DNA from: the human T2T-CHM13v2.0 reference genome, Homo sapiens
Length of the DNA: 64,000 nt
Reading direction: 5' to 3' (one strand)
Assembly: GCF_009914755.1 (NCBI RefSeq)
Contig: NC_060938.1
Positions 32,472 to 51,004 of the stretch are shown in pieces. The position numbers and the translations under genes are program-made. The number at the start of each line of letters is the position of its first letter. Position 1 is the stretch's first letter. A model generated the notes under the pieces. That model saw only the letters and a program-made list of their open reading frames with translations. It did no database searches and had not been told where the DNA came from.

Positions 32472-32874
32472 TTATTTCCCCACAGTCTATAGGCGATAAA
32501 TGAAAACAAGCATCTGAAGTGGCACACAACCTAGTTCTGCTTGATGCTCTCAACAGTCTGGGAGCCACTTAATATCCTACACTTCCCTCTTAGAGATTAA
32601 AAATTCACATTAGCTTAAAAAGAAAGAGTTCTGCCAGGTTCTACAGTAAAGAAACCTGGTTAACTTTGTTAAACCAAGCTTAATCCTGAAACCTCTTTTC
32701 CAAGTCAGTCCTAGTAACACTTCAAGGAAAAGACTGGAAAACATGGACAAGAATGCAAGTAAAAGGAGAGAAATGAAATGAAAATGGCCCATGCAGCCAT
32801 TTTCTCAATCACTGAAAATGGCTTAAAAACTATCACCCCCTTCACTGATCACTGTTTACAGCGGGTCTCTATTA

Positions 32875-33168
<294 letters not shown>

Positions 33169-33821
33169 CTAGAAGATCGGGAGGCATGAGCGAATCAAAC
33201 TCCAACTGGGTAAATGCTAACTGGCCACAGGTACTTGGGTTGTAACGAACCCTCAAAAGTTGATGTTTTGGGGGCCAAATCGAGGGTCCGCTGGATGAGG
33301 TCAGTATATTTTCTCTCTTTGAAAAAGATAATCAGCAGGATTTTTTTTAAAGGCTACACATCATGGGGACACTGCCTGACACCTGCATATGTGAGTGGGA
33401 GGTGAATGCATGCTGGAGTTAAAGCTGCTTCCTTTGTCTCTTTAATGCTTTCCTTTGTTTTCTGTTGAACACCCTAAGAGTGCATTTCTGTGAGCTGGTT
33501 CCATCTCCCATTGACTCCAACCCTGAGTATCTCACAGGACAGGGAGTCAAAGCCTTAGGCTACAGCCTTACTCAGAGGTGACAGCAAGTAGAATAAGGCA
33601 CTTCACATTATGTGAGACTAATAAAGACCATGTTAAAGTTTGCCACCAACTGGGCTAAGGGCCAGGACCTGTAGTCTTTTACTATCCCTTATTAGCATGG
33701 GGCTTTGGGTCAAGTCTCTGAAATTCTGTTTGAGCTTTATCATCGATCAAATAATGAAAATCACCACTCTGAACTTCATAAAGTCATTGTTGAGAATCAA
33801 AGTCAGAGGCACGGACATGCA

Positions 33822-34020
33822 TTAGCAGACTTTTTCTAGAAAGGGCCAGATAGGAAATACTTTTGGGTTTGCCAGCCATGGGGTTTCCATCTCAACCTAA
33901 AGAATCATTGTCACTGTAGGGGAAGCAGCCCCAGACAACCTCTAAACAATGGGCATGACTGTCTGCTAATAAAACTTTATTTACAAAAGCAGGTGGGGGC
34001 TGGAGTTTCCCAATCCCTGG
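33822..34020. mobile_element. MER58A-like MITE
   Basis: aaagggccagatagg...aataaaactttatttacaaaagcagg...ccaatccctg. Confidence 0.7.
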
Positions 34021-34162
34021 TACTGGGCACTGAAAGACACAACACTACAGGAAGAGGCTGAATTGCCATGAAGGCTGTGTGTGCCCCTGATGTGAGAATC
34101 ACGGAAGGGACCTCAAATGAAGAGGGGCCCACAGGACCTGCAACTCAAGACGTGTCCAACTA

Positions 34163-34468
<306 letters not shown>

Positions 34469-34884
34469 CTACAGGTGTGACAATAAGCAAGGAGGCTTTA
34501 GGCGGAAGCAGCCTGGCCTGGAGCCCCGAGTGAGTGGCTGAGGGCAACCTGCACCACACCCTCCACACTCCCCATACTCGCCCGCCCTGGTCTGTGTAAG
34601 CCAGACGCGCTCCTTTTCTTTTGAGGGGAAGGCACCAACCCTCTGCCCTACATTTTCCCTTCCCTTCCAGAGAGGACAGGGAGGTGGGGGCCTGCAACCC
34701 GTTCCTGCCTCAGTCCCTGCTTTAGCCATGTGGCTTCCTGCTTTCCTGAGCCTCAGTTATCCACTCCCTCAAACAGAGGTGAGGCTGAGGATACAGGAGG
34801 TGAACAGGGATGAGGTCTCAAAGCCCCTGCTGGCACTGGAGCAGCTTTATCCAGATTCCTATTCAATCCTGCAGCCAAGAAGCA

Positions 34885-35245
34885 TGGCATGTGTTCAAAA
34901 CTGAGGCTGGAAGAGTGCGTGTGTGGAAGGGGGGAGTGTGCACACCTGATCACCTGTGAGAGTGTGCACATTGAGAGCACGTGTCGGGTGTGTACACCTG
35001 TGTGTGAGGAGCATGTGTTTGTGTGTGGAGTGTGCACACACGTGGTGGGCACATGTATAATACATGTGTGTAGAGAGCATGCATGTACATGTGTAAGGAG
35101 CATGTGCATATGTGGAGAGTGTGTATGTGTGGAGAACACACATCTATATGTGTATGGAAAGTGTGTTCACACATGTGGCAAATACGTGTGCATGCATGCA
35201 CCCAGAAGTAGACATGTGCATGTCCTCATGAGTCCCTGTGCACCC
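34885..35245. repeat. (TG/CA)-rich low-complexity tract
   Basis: Imperfect gtgtg/gcacat repeats; source of the His/Cys-rich spurious ORFs. Confidence 0.85.
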
Positions 35246-35457
35246 ATCTGTCTCATCAGAGGGCACCCGTGAGACTCTGCAGGCCGTTGCTCAGTGCCCA
35301 ACGTGCAGTTTCATGGAGGGCTCTCAGGGGTGTTCCCGTATCTTGCCTGGTGGACTTGGTGCTGCTCTAGGCCACTGCCCGCCTCCCCGCAGGCCTGTGG
35401 CTCTTATTCTGGTTCTGTTTGGCCCTAGTGCGTGTGATTCTGAGGGTGGCTCCCTCA

Positions 35458-35760
<303 letters not shown>

Positions 35761-36137
35761 TCACTTATCTACTTCCTCTCCGCAAGTTCCCAGTGTCCTC
35801 GCTGCCAACACATCACTCCTTCCATTAGGCTGGGTTACGGAGCTGCTGCAGCTTTTGGCCCAGAAGAACTCACGAGCCAAAACTCATCTTCCCAGAGCCC
35901 TTTGGGGGGTTCCCTGGGTAGAAACACCTGTGAAACCTTCAAAGGCGACACCACGGCTACAGTTTTACAGTCACTGTCTGAGGCAGGAATTATTATTGCC
36001 ATTTTACCGAAGGGGAAACTGAGTCTCAGAAAGGTTAAGCAATTTGCCCAAGGTCACAGTGCTAGGTTAAGTGGTAAGTCTAAGGCCTTTCCACCAGAGA
36101 GGACTCCTACTATAAGGCATGTGGATCTTCTCGGTTA

Positions 36138-36871
<734 letters not shown>

Positions 36872-37099
36872 TAAGAAGCTTTTTCATCAGACAAAATCTC
36901 CTTCCACACCTATCTGAGAACCTCAAGGAACAAGAGCTGGAACAGAAACGACCAAGGAACTTTGGGTTCAAGGAACCGCGTGAGGTCACAGCCCTCGGCA
37001 GTAGAGAGTTCATGGAGGTCTCAGGGGAGGGTGAGGAGCCTGCAGACTGAACAGTGGAGGAAGTGCTCCCACGATGGGGAGAGGGAGAAGAGGCCCTCA

Positions 37100-37453
<354 letters not shown>

Positions 37454-37664
37454 TCAGGATGGATCTAATATGCCACTTCTCTAAGTCATGTATTTGAAAT
37501 GCCACTTATGTTGACCTTTAAGTAGTATGTTTGATTTCTGATAATATGGCTGACTTTTCAACAAAGCAACAAGTAATTAAAGGCCCCTTGTAGACACTTT
37601 GAAACAGAAAATGTGTAAAGAGGGGAAATATTTTATTTTAAACCCTGGATCTGGTTTACTTTTC

Positions 37665-37951
37665 ATTTTTTAGAGACAGCGTCTTGCTTGGTTGCCTAGG
37701 CTGAAGTGCAGTGGTGTGATCACAGCTCACTGCAGCCTTGAACTCCTGGCTCAGGTGATCCTCCACCTCAGCCTCCTCAGTAGCTGGAATTACAGGTGTG
37801 CACCAGCACACCTGGCTAATTTTTAAATTTTTTGTAGAGATGGGGTCTTGCTATATTTCCAGGTTGGTCTTGAACTCCTGGCCTCAAGCAATCTTTCTAC
37901 CTTGGTCTTCCAAAGTGCTGGGATTACAGGCGCGAGCCACTGCACCCGGCC
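37665..37951 (-). mobile_element. AluJ
   Basis: Diverged Alu. Confidence 0.85.
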
Positions 37952-39332
37952 TTGGTCTACTTTTCAAAACATGGGTGTTGAATGCATGTCGGTGGTTCAC
38001 TTCCTCCACCCCAGTTTACGTCAGCACCTCTTTGTAGCTCTCTAGATAGTGACCGTTTTCTGCCTGGTGTCACAGTCATTCGCATGCACGCTTAACCCTC
38101 CTACCAAATCCTCAGACCTGAACGGCACTGTGACAGAGACAGTGATGCTCATTACCTGCTCCCCCAAATTTCCCAGCCACCCTATATCAGCTGAAGCCAG
38201 GTCACCAGCTCTGGCAAAGGGGATGAAGTGGGAGTGATGTGGGTGACTCCCTGACTGGAGCACAGAAGAGCCTATGTGTGACATTCAGCTGCCCTTTCAC
38301 CTGCCATGGCAACCGCCCAAGCCTGGTGTAGAGACCGTGGAGCCACGAGATCAAAACAGCCTGGACTGCTGGGTCAAGCAGAGGACAGACTCCCTGAAGG
38401 GTCCCCTGGACTCTGGTGAGCAAGAAGTAAGCCTTGGCTGTGATGAGCAGCAGAGATGCTGGGGTTGGCTATCGTAGCACAGCCTAACTAACCTACGCTA
38501 ACGAGCCGGGGCTCTGCCTGCATTCATATTTTGGATCTCTCCCCCACAGCACATGGAATTGCCTGCATGGATCGTCAGTCATCTCTTTCCAGTGTGGAGA
38601 CTGCTCAGTGTTCACCAAACCCATTTCCTTCTCTTGTGTGGCATGTGGCACCCTGTGGTTGGGTGTGGCTGTGCTGCTGAGCCCCACCCATGCAGCATGA
38701 TCTTCCTCACTCTCTCTCTTCCTCCTCTACCCACCACAGGCCGAGGAACCAGAAGAGGACTCCACTAGGGGTGCCCAAGCCTCAAGATGGCAGAAGCCAG
38801 GTGCCTGAACTGGGCCTTAAGTGCAGTGACTCCAGCGCCTGGCTTCTCCCATGTGGGCAGGGTCCCCACACTAGACCCTTCACGAGTGAGATAAACGGTG
38901 CTGGGCCACTCAGCTGCTGAAGCCATTTCCCAGAGCAGCCATCTACTCACCCCAGCATACTAAACAAATGCCCAGGTGGCCCACACAACACTTACCAGGG
39001 TAAGGACAACATGGAATTCTGGAGGATTTTATATCCCTCAAGAGACTAACACGTTCACACTCTTTGACCCTGTAATTCCATTTCTGAGAATATACCCTAA
39101 AAAATAGTTTGATTCATGAAGGTCTATGTATACAAGGATGTCTAGTATTATTTAAAATAGTGGAAAAGAGGATTCTAGGAAAAAAGGTAATAAAATTTTA
39201 AAAATAAATTTAAAAAAAACTTCAGGAAAGGATTCTAGGAAAAAAGTAATAAAATTTAAAAAATAATAAAAATAAAATAGTGGAAAACACTAAAACAATC
39301 TAAACATCTAAAAAATAATTACAGTAAACCTA

Positions 39333-39965
<633 letters not shown>

Positions 39966-40297
39966 TTACGGCCATTGGGAAATTGTGGCTTTGAAATCTA
40001 AAATAACAAAAACCACAACATAATTAATAAAAACCACAACAGCTCACCTGTGTGTAAGTATGACATCAAGCATGTGTCTGTACACACGAGGGAAAATGAT
40101 GAAACGAAACAACTCAAACTATGAGAAGCGTTATCTCTGGGTTGTAAGATTGTAATACGTGGTATTCACTGGGTTCTTAGACCTTTAGGTATTGCTGTTT
40201 AGAATTAGATAAAGCATTTAAGGAGGACACAGAGTCTTATTTCTCTCCTGAAACCATGCACCACAGAACCCACTACCACCATCTGCCAATCCCCTTA

Positions 40298-41392
<1,095 letters not shown>

Positions 41393-42086
41393 CTACGGGA
41401 AAACACAACAGGCACAACCCAGGCTGCTGCAGGAACCTATTTCAGTGACATGGGCTCACACTGGGGATGGGAGAGAGAAGGCCTTGAACGGCTGTCCTAC
41501 CTGTGCTCAGACACTGCCTGTGCGTTCCCCAGAGGCTTGACAGACACAGGTGAGTGGGCACAGACACCACCACTTAGATGGTTCAAGTCAGAATACACTC
41601 AGAGCAGCCAGGATGATTTTAAAATGTAAATACATCTCTCTCCCTCACTTAAGTTTCAGCGGTTTCTCTTGGTCTCTGGTAGCCGGGCCCTGCCCACCTC
41701 TGCAGCCTCTGCTTACACTACTCTCCACCTCCTGCTCACTGCTCCTAGCCCAGCTGACTGTGAACACTTTGCACATGCTGATCCCTCTGCCTGGAGTACT
41801 TTCCTCTGGCTATCAGCCTCACTGGCTCTTTCTTATACTTGGGGTCAGTTCCCCAAAACATCCTGGCATGATGATTCTAAGGTAGCCGTGTATCCCAGTA
41901 TTCTCTCCCTCAGCACCCTATTCTCTCAGTAGCACCCTCCTGAGATCATCTTGCCTGTCACCTGGAAGTGTGCCTTCCTGGCTGTGAGCAACATCTGGGC
42001 AGGGCCCTGTCCGTCTGTTTACCATGCACCATTCTAACCATCTTCTCTGGGCTTTTTATTCCTCTACTACAGATGCCAAAAAGCTA

Positions 42087-42248
<162 letters not shown>

Positions 42249-42523
42249 CTAAAATACTTGGTGCCCTGGCATTCTTTGCAGGCAGAGGTAGCCACACGTT
42301 AGTTCTGGCCAACGTGACGTCTACGGAGCATCCTTGGGAGGGTTTCCCTGTGATGCTAAGCCCTCCACCTTTCTCCTGCTTGTACCTTAGGGATGTGCAG
42401 CAGCCACTGCTAAGGCTGGCAGAGCTGTAGGCAAGAGGCCTGGTTCCTGATGGCATCCCTGAGCCACTACATCAGCCCTGGACTGCCCGCCGTGTGAGGC
42501 AAATAAAACCACACGGATTTGCC

Positions 42524-42755
42524 AGGGTTCTCAGCTGGGGCACTAAGAACATTTGCAGATGGAGTGTTCCTGACCTGCGCACTGCAGAATATGTAGCAGC
42601 ATCCTTGGCCTCCACCCACTCCATGCCAGGAGCACCACCCCCTCTCTTCCCCGGGGTCACGACAATCAAAAATGTCTTGAGACATTGCCAAATGTCCCTT
42701 GGGAGGCAAAATTCACCCCACCTTTTCCCACCGCCAGTTGGGAAATTGAGAATTG
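42524..42755. mobile_element. MER20 hAT-Charlie MITE
   Basis: gcagcatccttggcctccacccact...acaatcaaaaatgtcttgagacattgccaaatgtccc. Confidence 0.8.
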
Positions 42756-42774
42756 CTGATTTAAGCTGTGGCTA

Positions 42775-43191
<417 letters not shown>

Positions 43192-43668
43192 TCACTCTTA
43201 AGACAGAAAGTCACCAGGAAGCAAACCATCACCATCCCCCCAGCGTCCCTCTGCCCCATCCTTGCTGCCATGTGCTCCACCGCCTGAGGCCGCCACCGCT
43301 GGGTGCCCTCGGGGGTTTCACACGCACCCAGCTTCCTGTCCTCCTGGAGACTTCCTGCCTCAGTTGGTGATGTCACCTGGCTGCTCAAGTGGCCCTCTGT
43401 TATATCTCTTCCTCTTTCACCTCCATGGAAATGTGTCACCAAGCCCTGTCCTTCTTACCCCTTCCACACTTCCACCATCTCCCTCACAGGCCAGGCCACA
43501 TTTTGTCTGGCCTGGACAGCCACCCAGTGATCTCCTTGACATCAAGGTCTTATGCCAGAACCCACCTGTTCGCAGCCCTCCTAAACATGAACTACCTAAA
43601 CAGAGGTCCTTATGCTCCCCGTTGCACACGAGTGCCCGCCTTGCTGAAATGCAGATTCTGACTCAACC

Positions 43669-43953
43669 TTTTTTTTTTTTTGAGATGGAGTTTTGCTCTT
43701 GTCGCCCAGGATGGAGTACAATGGCATGATCTTGGCTCACTGCAACCTCCGCCTCCCAGATTCAAGCAATTTTCCTGCCTCAGCCTCCTGAGTAACTAGG
43801 ACTACAGAAGCCTGCCACCACGCCCATCTAATTTTTGTATTTTTAGTAGAGACGGGATTTCACTGTGTTGGCCAGGCTGGTCTCACAGGTGATCCGCCTG
43901 CCTCGGTCTCCCAAAGTGCTGGGGTTAACAGGCATGAGCCACTGTGCCCGGCC
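43669..43953 (-). mobile_element. AluS
   Basis: Alu dimer with polyT. Confidence 0.88.
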
Positions 43954-45379
43954 AACCCTTGCATTTCTGATTGCTGTTGCTTCTGGTCTAAAGGTGTGAT
44001 TTCCTGGGTCCTACCTACCCCTGATGGACCCCTCATCTTTCTCATTCTGTGGTTCTTTGTCCTATACTCCGGTCCATCCCCGAAGAAGACCTGTGCACCT
44101 GATGAACCTGCTGGGCTAAGGTATGGGATGGCTGCAGACTTTCTGGCCCCCAGAGGGTTTCCTGTCCTCCCTGCAGCCACTGGCATGGGCAACAGTCTCA
44201 TGTGGTGCAGCATTAGGTTTTCCTGGGAGTTGTGGGTGCCAGGACCCTGCCCCTCAGCCCCCAGGCTGCATGTCTTCACATGAGCTGCTCCTGCCTCTCA
44301 TGACAGGCCCCCAAAGGGCTGCCCCTCTTCCTCTAAAAATAAGGATTCTTTTTCCTTCCTGACTCAAAGAATGAACTCTTATGACTTCAATACAAAGCTA
44401 CAGACACAGAGGAGGGAGGGGGCTTCTCTAGGACCCATGGAGGTGCCTTGAGTTAGAGAGAAAGATGTTTTAACTTCAGGGAACTATGGTTTCCAGAGGT
44501 CCCAGACCAAAGCAAGCGTGCAGCCTGGGCTACATTCGGGGTGAGATGAAGAGCCAGGTTGGCACTAGGGGCCCCCTGTGGGACTCAGCAGGGCCAACGG
44601 GCTTGCTTACTGACTAGGAAATGCCAGCTGGATGGCTGAGGTTGGAGAGGGAAATTCAGGATGAGCTGAGCTGGCTGAGGGTTGCCAGGCCTGAAGCACA
44701 GCCTGCCTCCTGCTGGTGCTGAAGGGTTCACCTGTCAAATGCTGGCGAGCACCCTCTACGTGTCAGACTCTGGGCTGGGCACTGGGGCCAATAAAACAGT
44801 CAGTGAGACATGGACAGAGAGTGAAGGGAGAACCACCCTGCAGGGTCGGGCCAGATTCCAGCCAGGCTCAGGGCAGGCCAAGGACGAGAGGGAGGAGAGA
44901 GCTCCAGGCTTCAGACACAGGACAGCCCTGCCTGCAAACAGCGGCCCCTCCCTTCCGGCGCCCCCACGACCAGAGAGTGTGTGCCAAGACAGGGCCTCCC
45001 GAGGGCCACGGCAGGAGAGGCTGGCGTCGGGCCAGGGAGGAAGTGGGTAGGGCCTGAGAGATCAGCATAAGGAGTTGTGGTGGGTGGGCGACGCCCCCGC
45101 CAGGTCCTGTTTGTACAGAGGAGGGGCCACAGCAGACAGGACAGGGCAGAGAGATGCCTGGGCACCACCCTGGTGACCTGCCAGAAGGGGCCCCAAAATA
45201 TCACTAGGCCAGAGAGATAATACTGCAGGCTTTCTGGGGCAGCGTCGTGAGGACCTGCAGAGCTGGAGGTTCTCATCTTCCTAAAGGGCAATTATTTTTA
45301 TCATGGCCAAGGTTGGGCTGCCACTTATGAAGACATTTCCCGTGCTAGGCCCACATGAATCTAAGAAACCAAAACACTG

Positions 45380-46182
45380 AGTCAGCCACAGTGGCTCACA
45401 CCTGTGCTCCTAGCACTTTGGGAGGCTGAGACCGAAGGACTGCTTAAGCCCAGGGGTTTGAGACCAGCCTGGGCAACATAAAGAGACCCCAGTTCCAAAA
45501 AAAAAAAATTAGCTGGGCGTGGTGGTACGTGCCTGTGGTCCCAGCTATTCGGGAGGCTGATGTGGGAGGATTACTTGAGCTCTGGAGGTCAAATCTGCAG
45601 TGAGCCATGGTCACACTACCGCACTCCTGCCTGGATGACAGAGCAAGACCCTGTCTCAAAAAACCGAGTCACTTTCCCCATGCTGCCCTGCACCAGAAGA
45701 TGTGGCATGAGACGGGGGTGTCTTCTGTTGTCCTACAAAGAGAGGAAAAACCACCTGGCAGCTCAAACGCTGCAAGGCACACAAAGTTCAAAGGGACAAG
45801 AGTGAGGAGCCTCGTAGAAGTCCCATGAGGGAACTCAAGGGACCAGTTCCCAGGAGTGGGGGACCTGTTCCCAGCCTCAGAGATCATGAACCTGCAGAGT
45901 GGCTGGGTGCAGTGGCTCACATTGGGACGCTGAGGTGGGCAGATCACCTGAAGTCAGGAGACCAGCCTGGCCAACATGGCGAAACCTCATCTCCACTAAA
46001 AACACAAAAATTAGCTGGGCATGGTGGCACATGCCTGTAATCCCAGCTATTTGGGAGGCCGAGACAGGAGCATCGCTTGAACCCAGGAGATGGAGATAGC
46101 AAGGAAGCTGAGATTGCACCACTGCACTCCAGCCTGGACAACAGAGCGAGACTCCATCCAAAAAAAAAAAAAAAAAAAAAAA
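45380..46182 (+). mobile_element. Two Alus (about 45380-45665 AluJ; about 45901-46182 AluS with TSD gaacctgcagag)
   Basis: Alu dimers with polyA tails. Confidence 0.87.
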
Positions 46183-46969
46183 AGAACCTGCAGAGCCAAG
46201 GGACCCAGGTGTCCTGCCACAGTCATGCCTCAGTAAATGACACTGCCAGGACTCACAGCTGGATGGCTGAGGTTGGAGAGGGAAATTCAGGATGAGCTGA
46301 GCTGGCTGAGGGTTGCCCATCCTGCATGGCAGTCAGCCCGCAAGAACACTCTGGCCTCCTCCCTCGACTGGAATCTGACAGCTGGTGCATTCAGAGCCCA
46401 CAGTACACCAGTGCCTCCACAGTGTGAGGCAGGTGGATGAGAGGTCCTCTGACCTGGAATGAGCAAGACCTGTCGGCAATCCCTAGTCTCTCATTGGCCC
46501 CTTCCTGCACCTGAGAAGGAATCTGCCATGTGACAGGGATCCTCTTAACTGTAGAACAAGACTGGCTTGCAAACTCTCATCTGTTCACCCAGGTGTCTGG
46601 CTTCTACTCTGCTCCCAGGAAGACCTAACAGCTGTCATTAAAACAGAACACAGTTCAGCTATCTCTTCTTCCCCATCCCATAAACCCAGGGGAGGGAGAA
46701 AGCACTGACCTGCTTGTTTTACCACAGCAAGACCCTAAGGTGTTCCGTCAGTGGCCTCACACATACAGACCTAGGCTTTGCAGCCCCAAGGATGTTCATT
46801 ATCACTTTAGTCAACAACTCAACGTCTGGTATTCGGTACCTTACTGGTTCTTCTCCCTGGGTCCCTATTGCATGCTTTATAACAGTGCCCTGCTCTCTTT
46901 TTATTGAGTGCTTACTATGTGCCGAATCCGTCACACACACTACCACCTCTAATCCCCACAACAGCCAGC

Positions 46970-48060
46970 ATAAGAAATGTGTGTCTGGGGCCGGGCATGG
47001 TGGCTCATGCTGGTAATCCCAGCATTTTGGGAGGCCGAGGCGGGTGGGCCACCTGAGGTCGGGAGTTTGAGACCAGCCTGGCCAACATGGCAAAACCCCG
47101 TCTCTACTAAAAATACAAAACTAGCTGGGTGTGGTGGTGGGTGCCTGTAATCCCAGCTACTCGGGAGGCTGAGGCAGGAGAATCACTTGAACCTGGGAGG
47201 TGGAGTTGCAATGAGCTGAGATTGTGCCATTGCACTCCAGCCTGGGCAACAAGAACAAAACTCAGTCTCAAAAAAAAAAAAAAAAAAAAAAAAAAAAGAA
47301 ATGTGTGTTTGGTTGTTGCTAAATTTCCTGGCACAAGTTTCGAAAACCCTTGGAATCTCCAAAGGGATAGGTGTCTTTCTTGTATGCTAAGATGAATGAG
47401 GACTGGGGGCTCCTGGAGAGCCTCACGATGGGAGCTGGTTGCCAAGGGAACCAACCATGTTATTAGAGAGATGAAACTTTCAGGCCTCCCCTACCTCCAG
47501 GGAGGAGACAGGGCCTGGAGGTTGAGCTAATCAAATGGCAAATGATGTAATCAATCATGCCTATATAATGAAACCTCCATAAAAACCCAAAAGGACTTGG
47601 TCAAAAAGTGTCCAGGTTGGTGAACATGTGGAGGTGCTGGAGGGGCACCCGCAGAGGACAGGGTAGCGTGGCACCACTCCCCGCACCCACCGCCCTGTGC
47701 ATCTGTTCTGCCTGTGCGTTGTATACTTTGTAATAAACAAGGAATACTAAGCCATCTAGGCAATAGCGGAGCCCACGAAGGGGGTGGTGGGAACCTCTGA
47801 TCTGCAGCCAGCCGATCAGAAGCACAGGTGACAATCCGGACTTGGATTGGCACCTGAAGTGGGAGGCAGTCTGGTGGGACTGAGCCCTTAGGCTGCAGGG
47901 TCTGTAGTGTCAGAATTGAGTTAAATTGTAGGATACCCAGCTGGTGTCCCCCAAGAACTTGAGAACTGCTTGATATGGGGAAAACCCCACACCCCTGGTA
48001 TAAGCAGTGAGGTACTGGGAGCAGTGGCGTGGAAGAGAACGAGGGAGTTTTCTTTTTACA
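46970..48060 (+). mobile_element. MER21-family LTR with an AluS (about 46989-47297; TSD aagaaatgtgtgt) inserted near its start
   Basis: taatcaatcatgcctatataatgaaacctccataaaaaccc and gtcagaattgagttaaattgtaggatacccagctggtgtc are MER21 hallmarks as recalled. Confidence 0.75.
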
Positions 48061-48364
48061 GGCAGGCACCCCATCAACCCCATTTCACAAATGAAGACAA
48101 TGAGGCACAAGAAAGTCACATGTCCGGGTCATCCTCTAATGGCAGCGAAGCAGGGACAGGGCCACGCCTCCTCTGGCTCTCCCCAGTCCTCACTCCCATT
48201 CCTATTATAATCAGCGGTGACTGCGCCTGGATTCTGCCCACTGCCTGACACCTGCATGCTCTACCTGGCCCCCTCCTTGTCTGTGCTCCAGACAATCACT
48301 GGGGAGGATGGGAGGGTGCCCAAGGGTTCTGTGCTTCCCCGGTGGCCTAAGGAGGCCGAGGTAC

Positions 48365-48549
48365 CTTCTTGCTGAGCTGGTGGTTCTCCTTCTCCAGCTC
48401 CCCGCACTTGAGGCCGCTCTCCTCCAACACCAGGGACGCGTCCCGCAGCCCCTGGATGGTGCTCTGGAGGCTCTGATTCTCCTTCTCCAGCTTCAGGATG
48501 CGGCTGGACGCACATTCGTTCAGCTCAAACACAAACGACTTCCTGGAGG
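48365..48549 (-). CDS. CCDC88C: CCDC88C exon 13 ([25 protein letters not shown]...LSKK); R464 codon CGC at 48500-48502
   Basis: tttgtcttcag|CC ... AAG|gtacct; 185 nt, phase 1 to 0. R464 (recalled SCA40 R464H site) is the wild-type codon here. Confidence 0.96.
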
Positions 48550-50133
48550 CTGAAGACAAAGTCCAGTCAGAGCCCAGTGGTCTGTGGGCCTCCACTTCCA
48601 CTCTCTGCCCCAAGCTCCGAGATGGTCATCAGTCCCGGAGTCCAGGGTCTAAGGGGCTGGGGAGGAGCTCCCACAGGTCAGCTGGGGACCCTTCCTCCTG
48701 CCCCTCCACTCCCAGTGCCCGAGGGCTCCTCTGCAGGCTTTGCTGGGGTCTGTCAGGGCAGCAATCCAGGGCTCAAGAAGGCGGCAGGTTACAGTCCAGG
48801 AGCCAATGCAAGGGCTGTGTCACTTCTGGGAACCATCTGGCTATCAGGCTGCTATCCTAACTGTCCAATCAAGGATTTTAGAGGCTAACAGAGATGACAC
48901 ACAGGTGACATTTTCCATACCCCCCAGAGCATAATGGACATCTCGGCTGCTCAGCAGGCAGGGGCACGTAACTGACCACTCCCGTTGGCCATGGGTGGTA
49001 GAAAGCTACACTGGAACATGTGTCGGGCACTTGTCAGCCTGGATGAGATGCTATGCAGAGATTTCTTTCTGTGACTTCACAATTATGTTGAAGAAAACTG
49101 TGATAGTGTATGCAAATTACTTTTAAAATTCTAAATGAGATGAAAAATAAGCTAAAAATAGTAAAAGGCAGACTATCTACTCTGCTTTTAAACAGCTCAG
49201 GTGCAAATGGAGAAGGGAAGAGTCTTGAGTCAGGAATGGGAGTTCCTGGCCCCCTCCTGCCACAAGCAGGTGCATGATTTTAGGTAAGTCATGGGGTTGT
49301 TTTGGGGAGGGGAAAAAAAAAGGTATGCAAAAGCCCTCTTAAGAAAGGAGCCCGGTTCTTCCCCCCTTCATTTACCCAACCCAGTGCCACGTCCTCATCT
49401 CTTGGGGCCTTTCCACACTGTTGCTAATACAGCGATTCCTCCCCCTACCTCTTCACCCCAGGGGCTGTGGGTACAGGGGGGTGATGGCTTTCACAGCAAA
49501 CACATAAATCTGGAAATGTGTGTGGTTCAGATTCCCCGGGTGATCATAAAGACTGAACAGCATCTCGTTTCCCTCTGAGTCTTCATCCTCTACCAAGGAT
49601 AACGACATGGACCACCCAACAGGCCAGAACGCCCTAAAGACCCAAACCAACAGCAGGCGAGAAGTGGAGGGGATGGTGTGTACCTGGCCCCAGCCCAGCA
49701 CTGACACACACATAAACACACACACACTCCACATACAAGGACGCTTGGAGGGCTCCATCCCAAATAAGCTGTAAATGAAACTAACCTAACTTCAACACCA
49801 AGCCTCAAATAAGACTCCATTATTTCAAAACCTGTGGTCATCTGGACAGTGTCTCTGCAGAATTCATGGGGGTGAACCCATTTTTAAAATTACAGAAAAA
49901 TATATTTAAAAAGTACCATTTTAGCCATTTTAAAGTGTTTGGATCTGTGGCATTAGGTACAAGCACACTTTTCTGCAACCATCACCACCATCCCTTTTCA
50001 CCTTCCCAAACTGACCACAGAGATTAATTTTTAAGGTTCTGTGAGTTAAACAATGGAATCGATGTTTCATTTCCTCTTCCATTAAAGTCAGTGCCTTGAA
50101 GACTATTAAAACGACACAATGGTTTACTACTAA

Positions 50134-50452
<319 letters not shown>

Positions 50453-51004
50453 AGTGTTTCTTTACTAGTGCAAATCTCGTCAGCACCCCCCAGCAACCAG
50501 AGTAACTGGGTATGTCTTAGTAAGACAGACAAGAAGAGCTGCCCTCTACAGAACACACCAAGGGCCAGAGCCGGGGTTCCTGCTTCACTGTTTTCTCTCA
50601 CTCATCCTCACAGTCATCTTGTGAGGCAGGTTCATTACCCCTATTTTGCAGGTAAGGAAACTAAAGTTTTAAGAGGTTAAGTACTTGCCCTAGGTCACCC
50701 AGCTAACCAGCAGAGAAGCCAAGGCTTTATGCCAGGTCTTTCTGGCTCTCGAAGCCACTGCCCCATACACTCAGGCTTTGCTTGCACGATGCCATCATTC
50801 TAGCAAACACTAGAATGATGCCAGCTCCTAGCTAGGCACTAGGAGTTGACAACACTAAGAATAAATCACGGTATTAACTTTAAAGAGCTCACACATTATA
50901 GAAAATGGTCTAAATCGGTGAGGCCTTCTCACCAGCCACCATGGTCTCTAACAAATATTTAGTTGATGAGAGACCATCCTAGCTGCTTGTACCACCTCTC
51001 TGCT

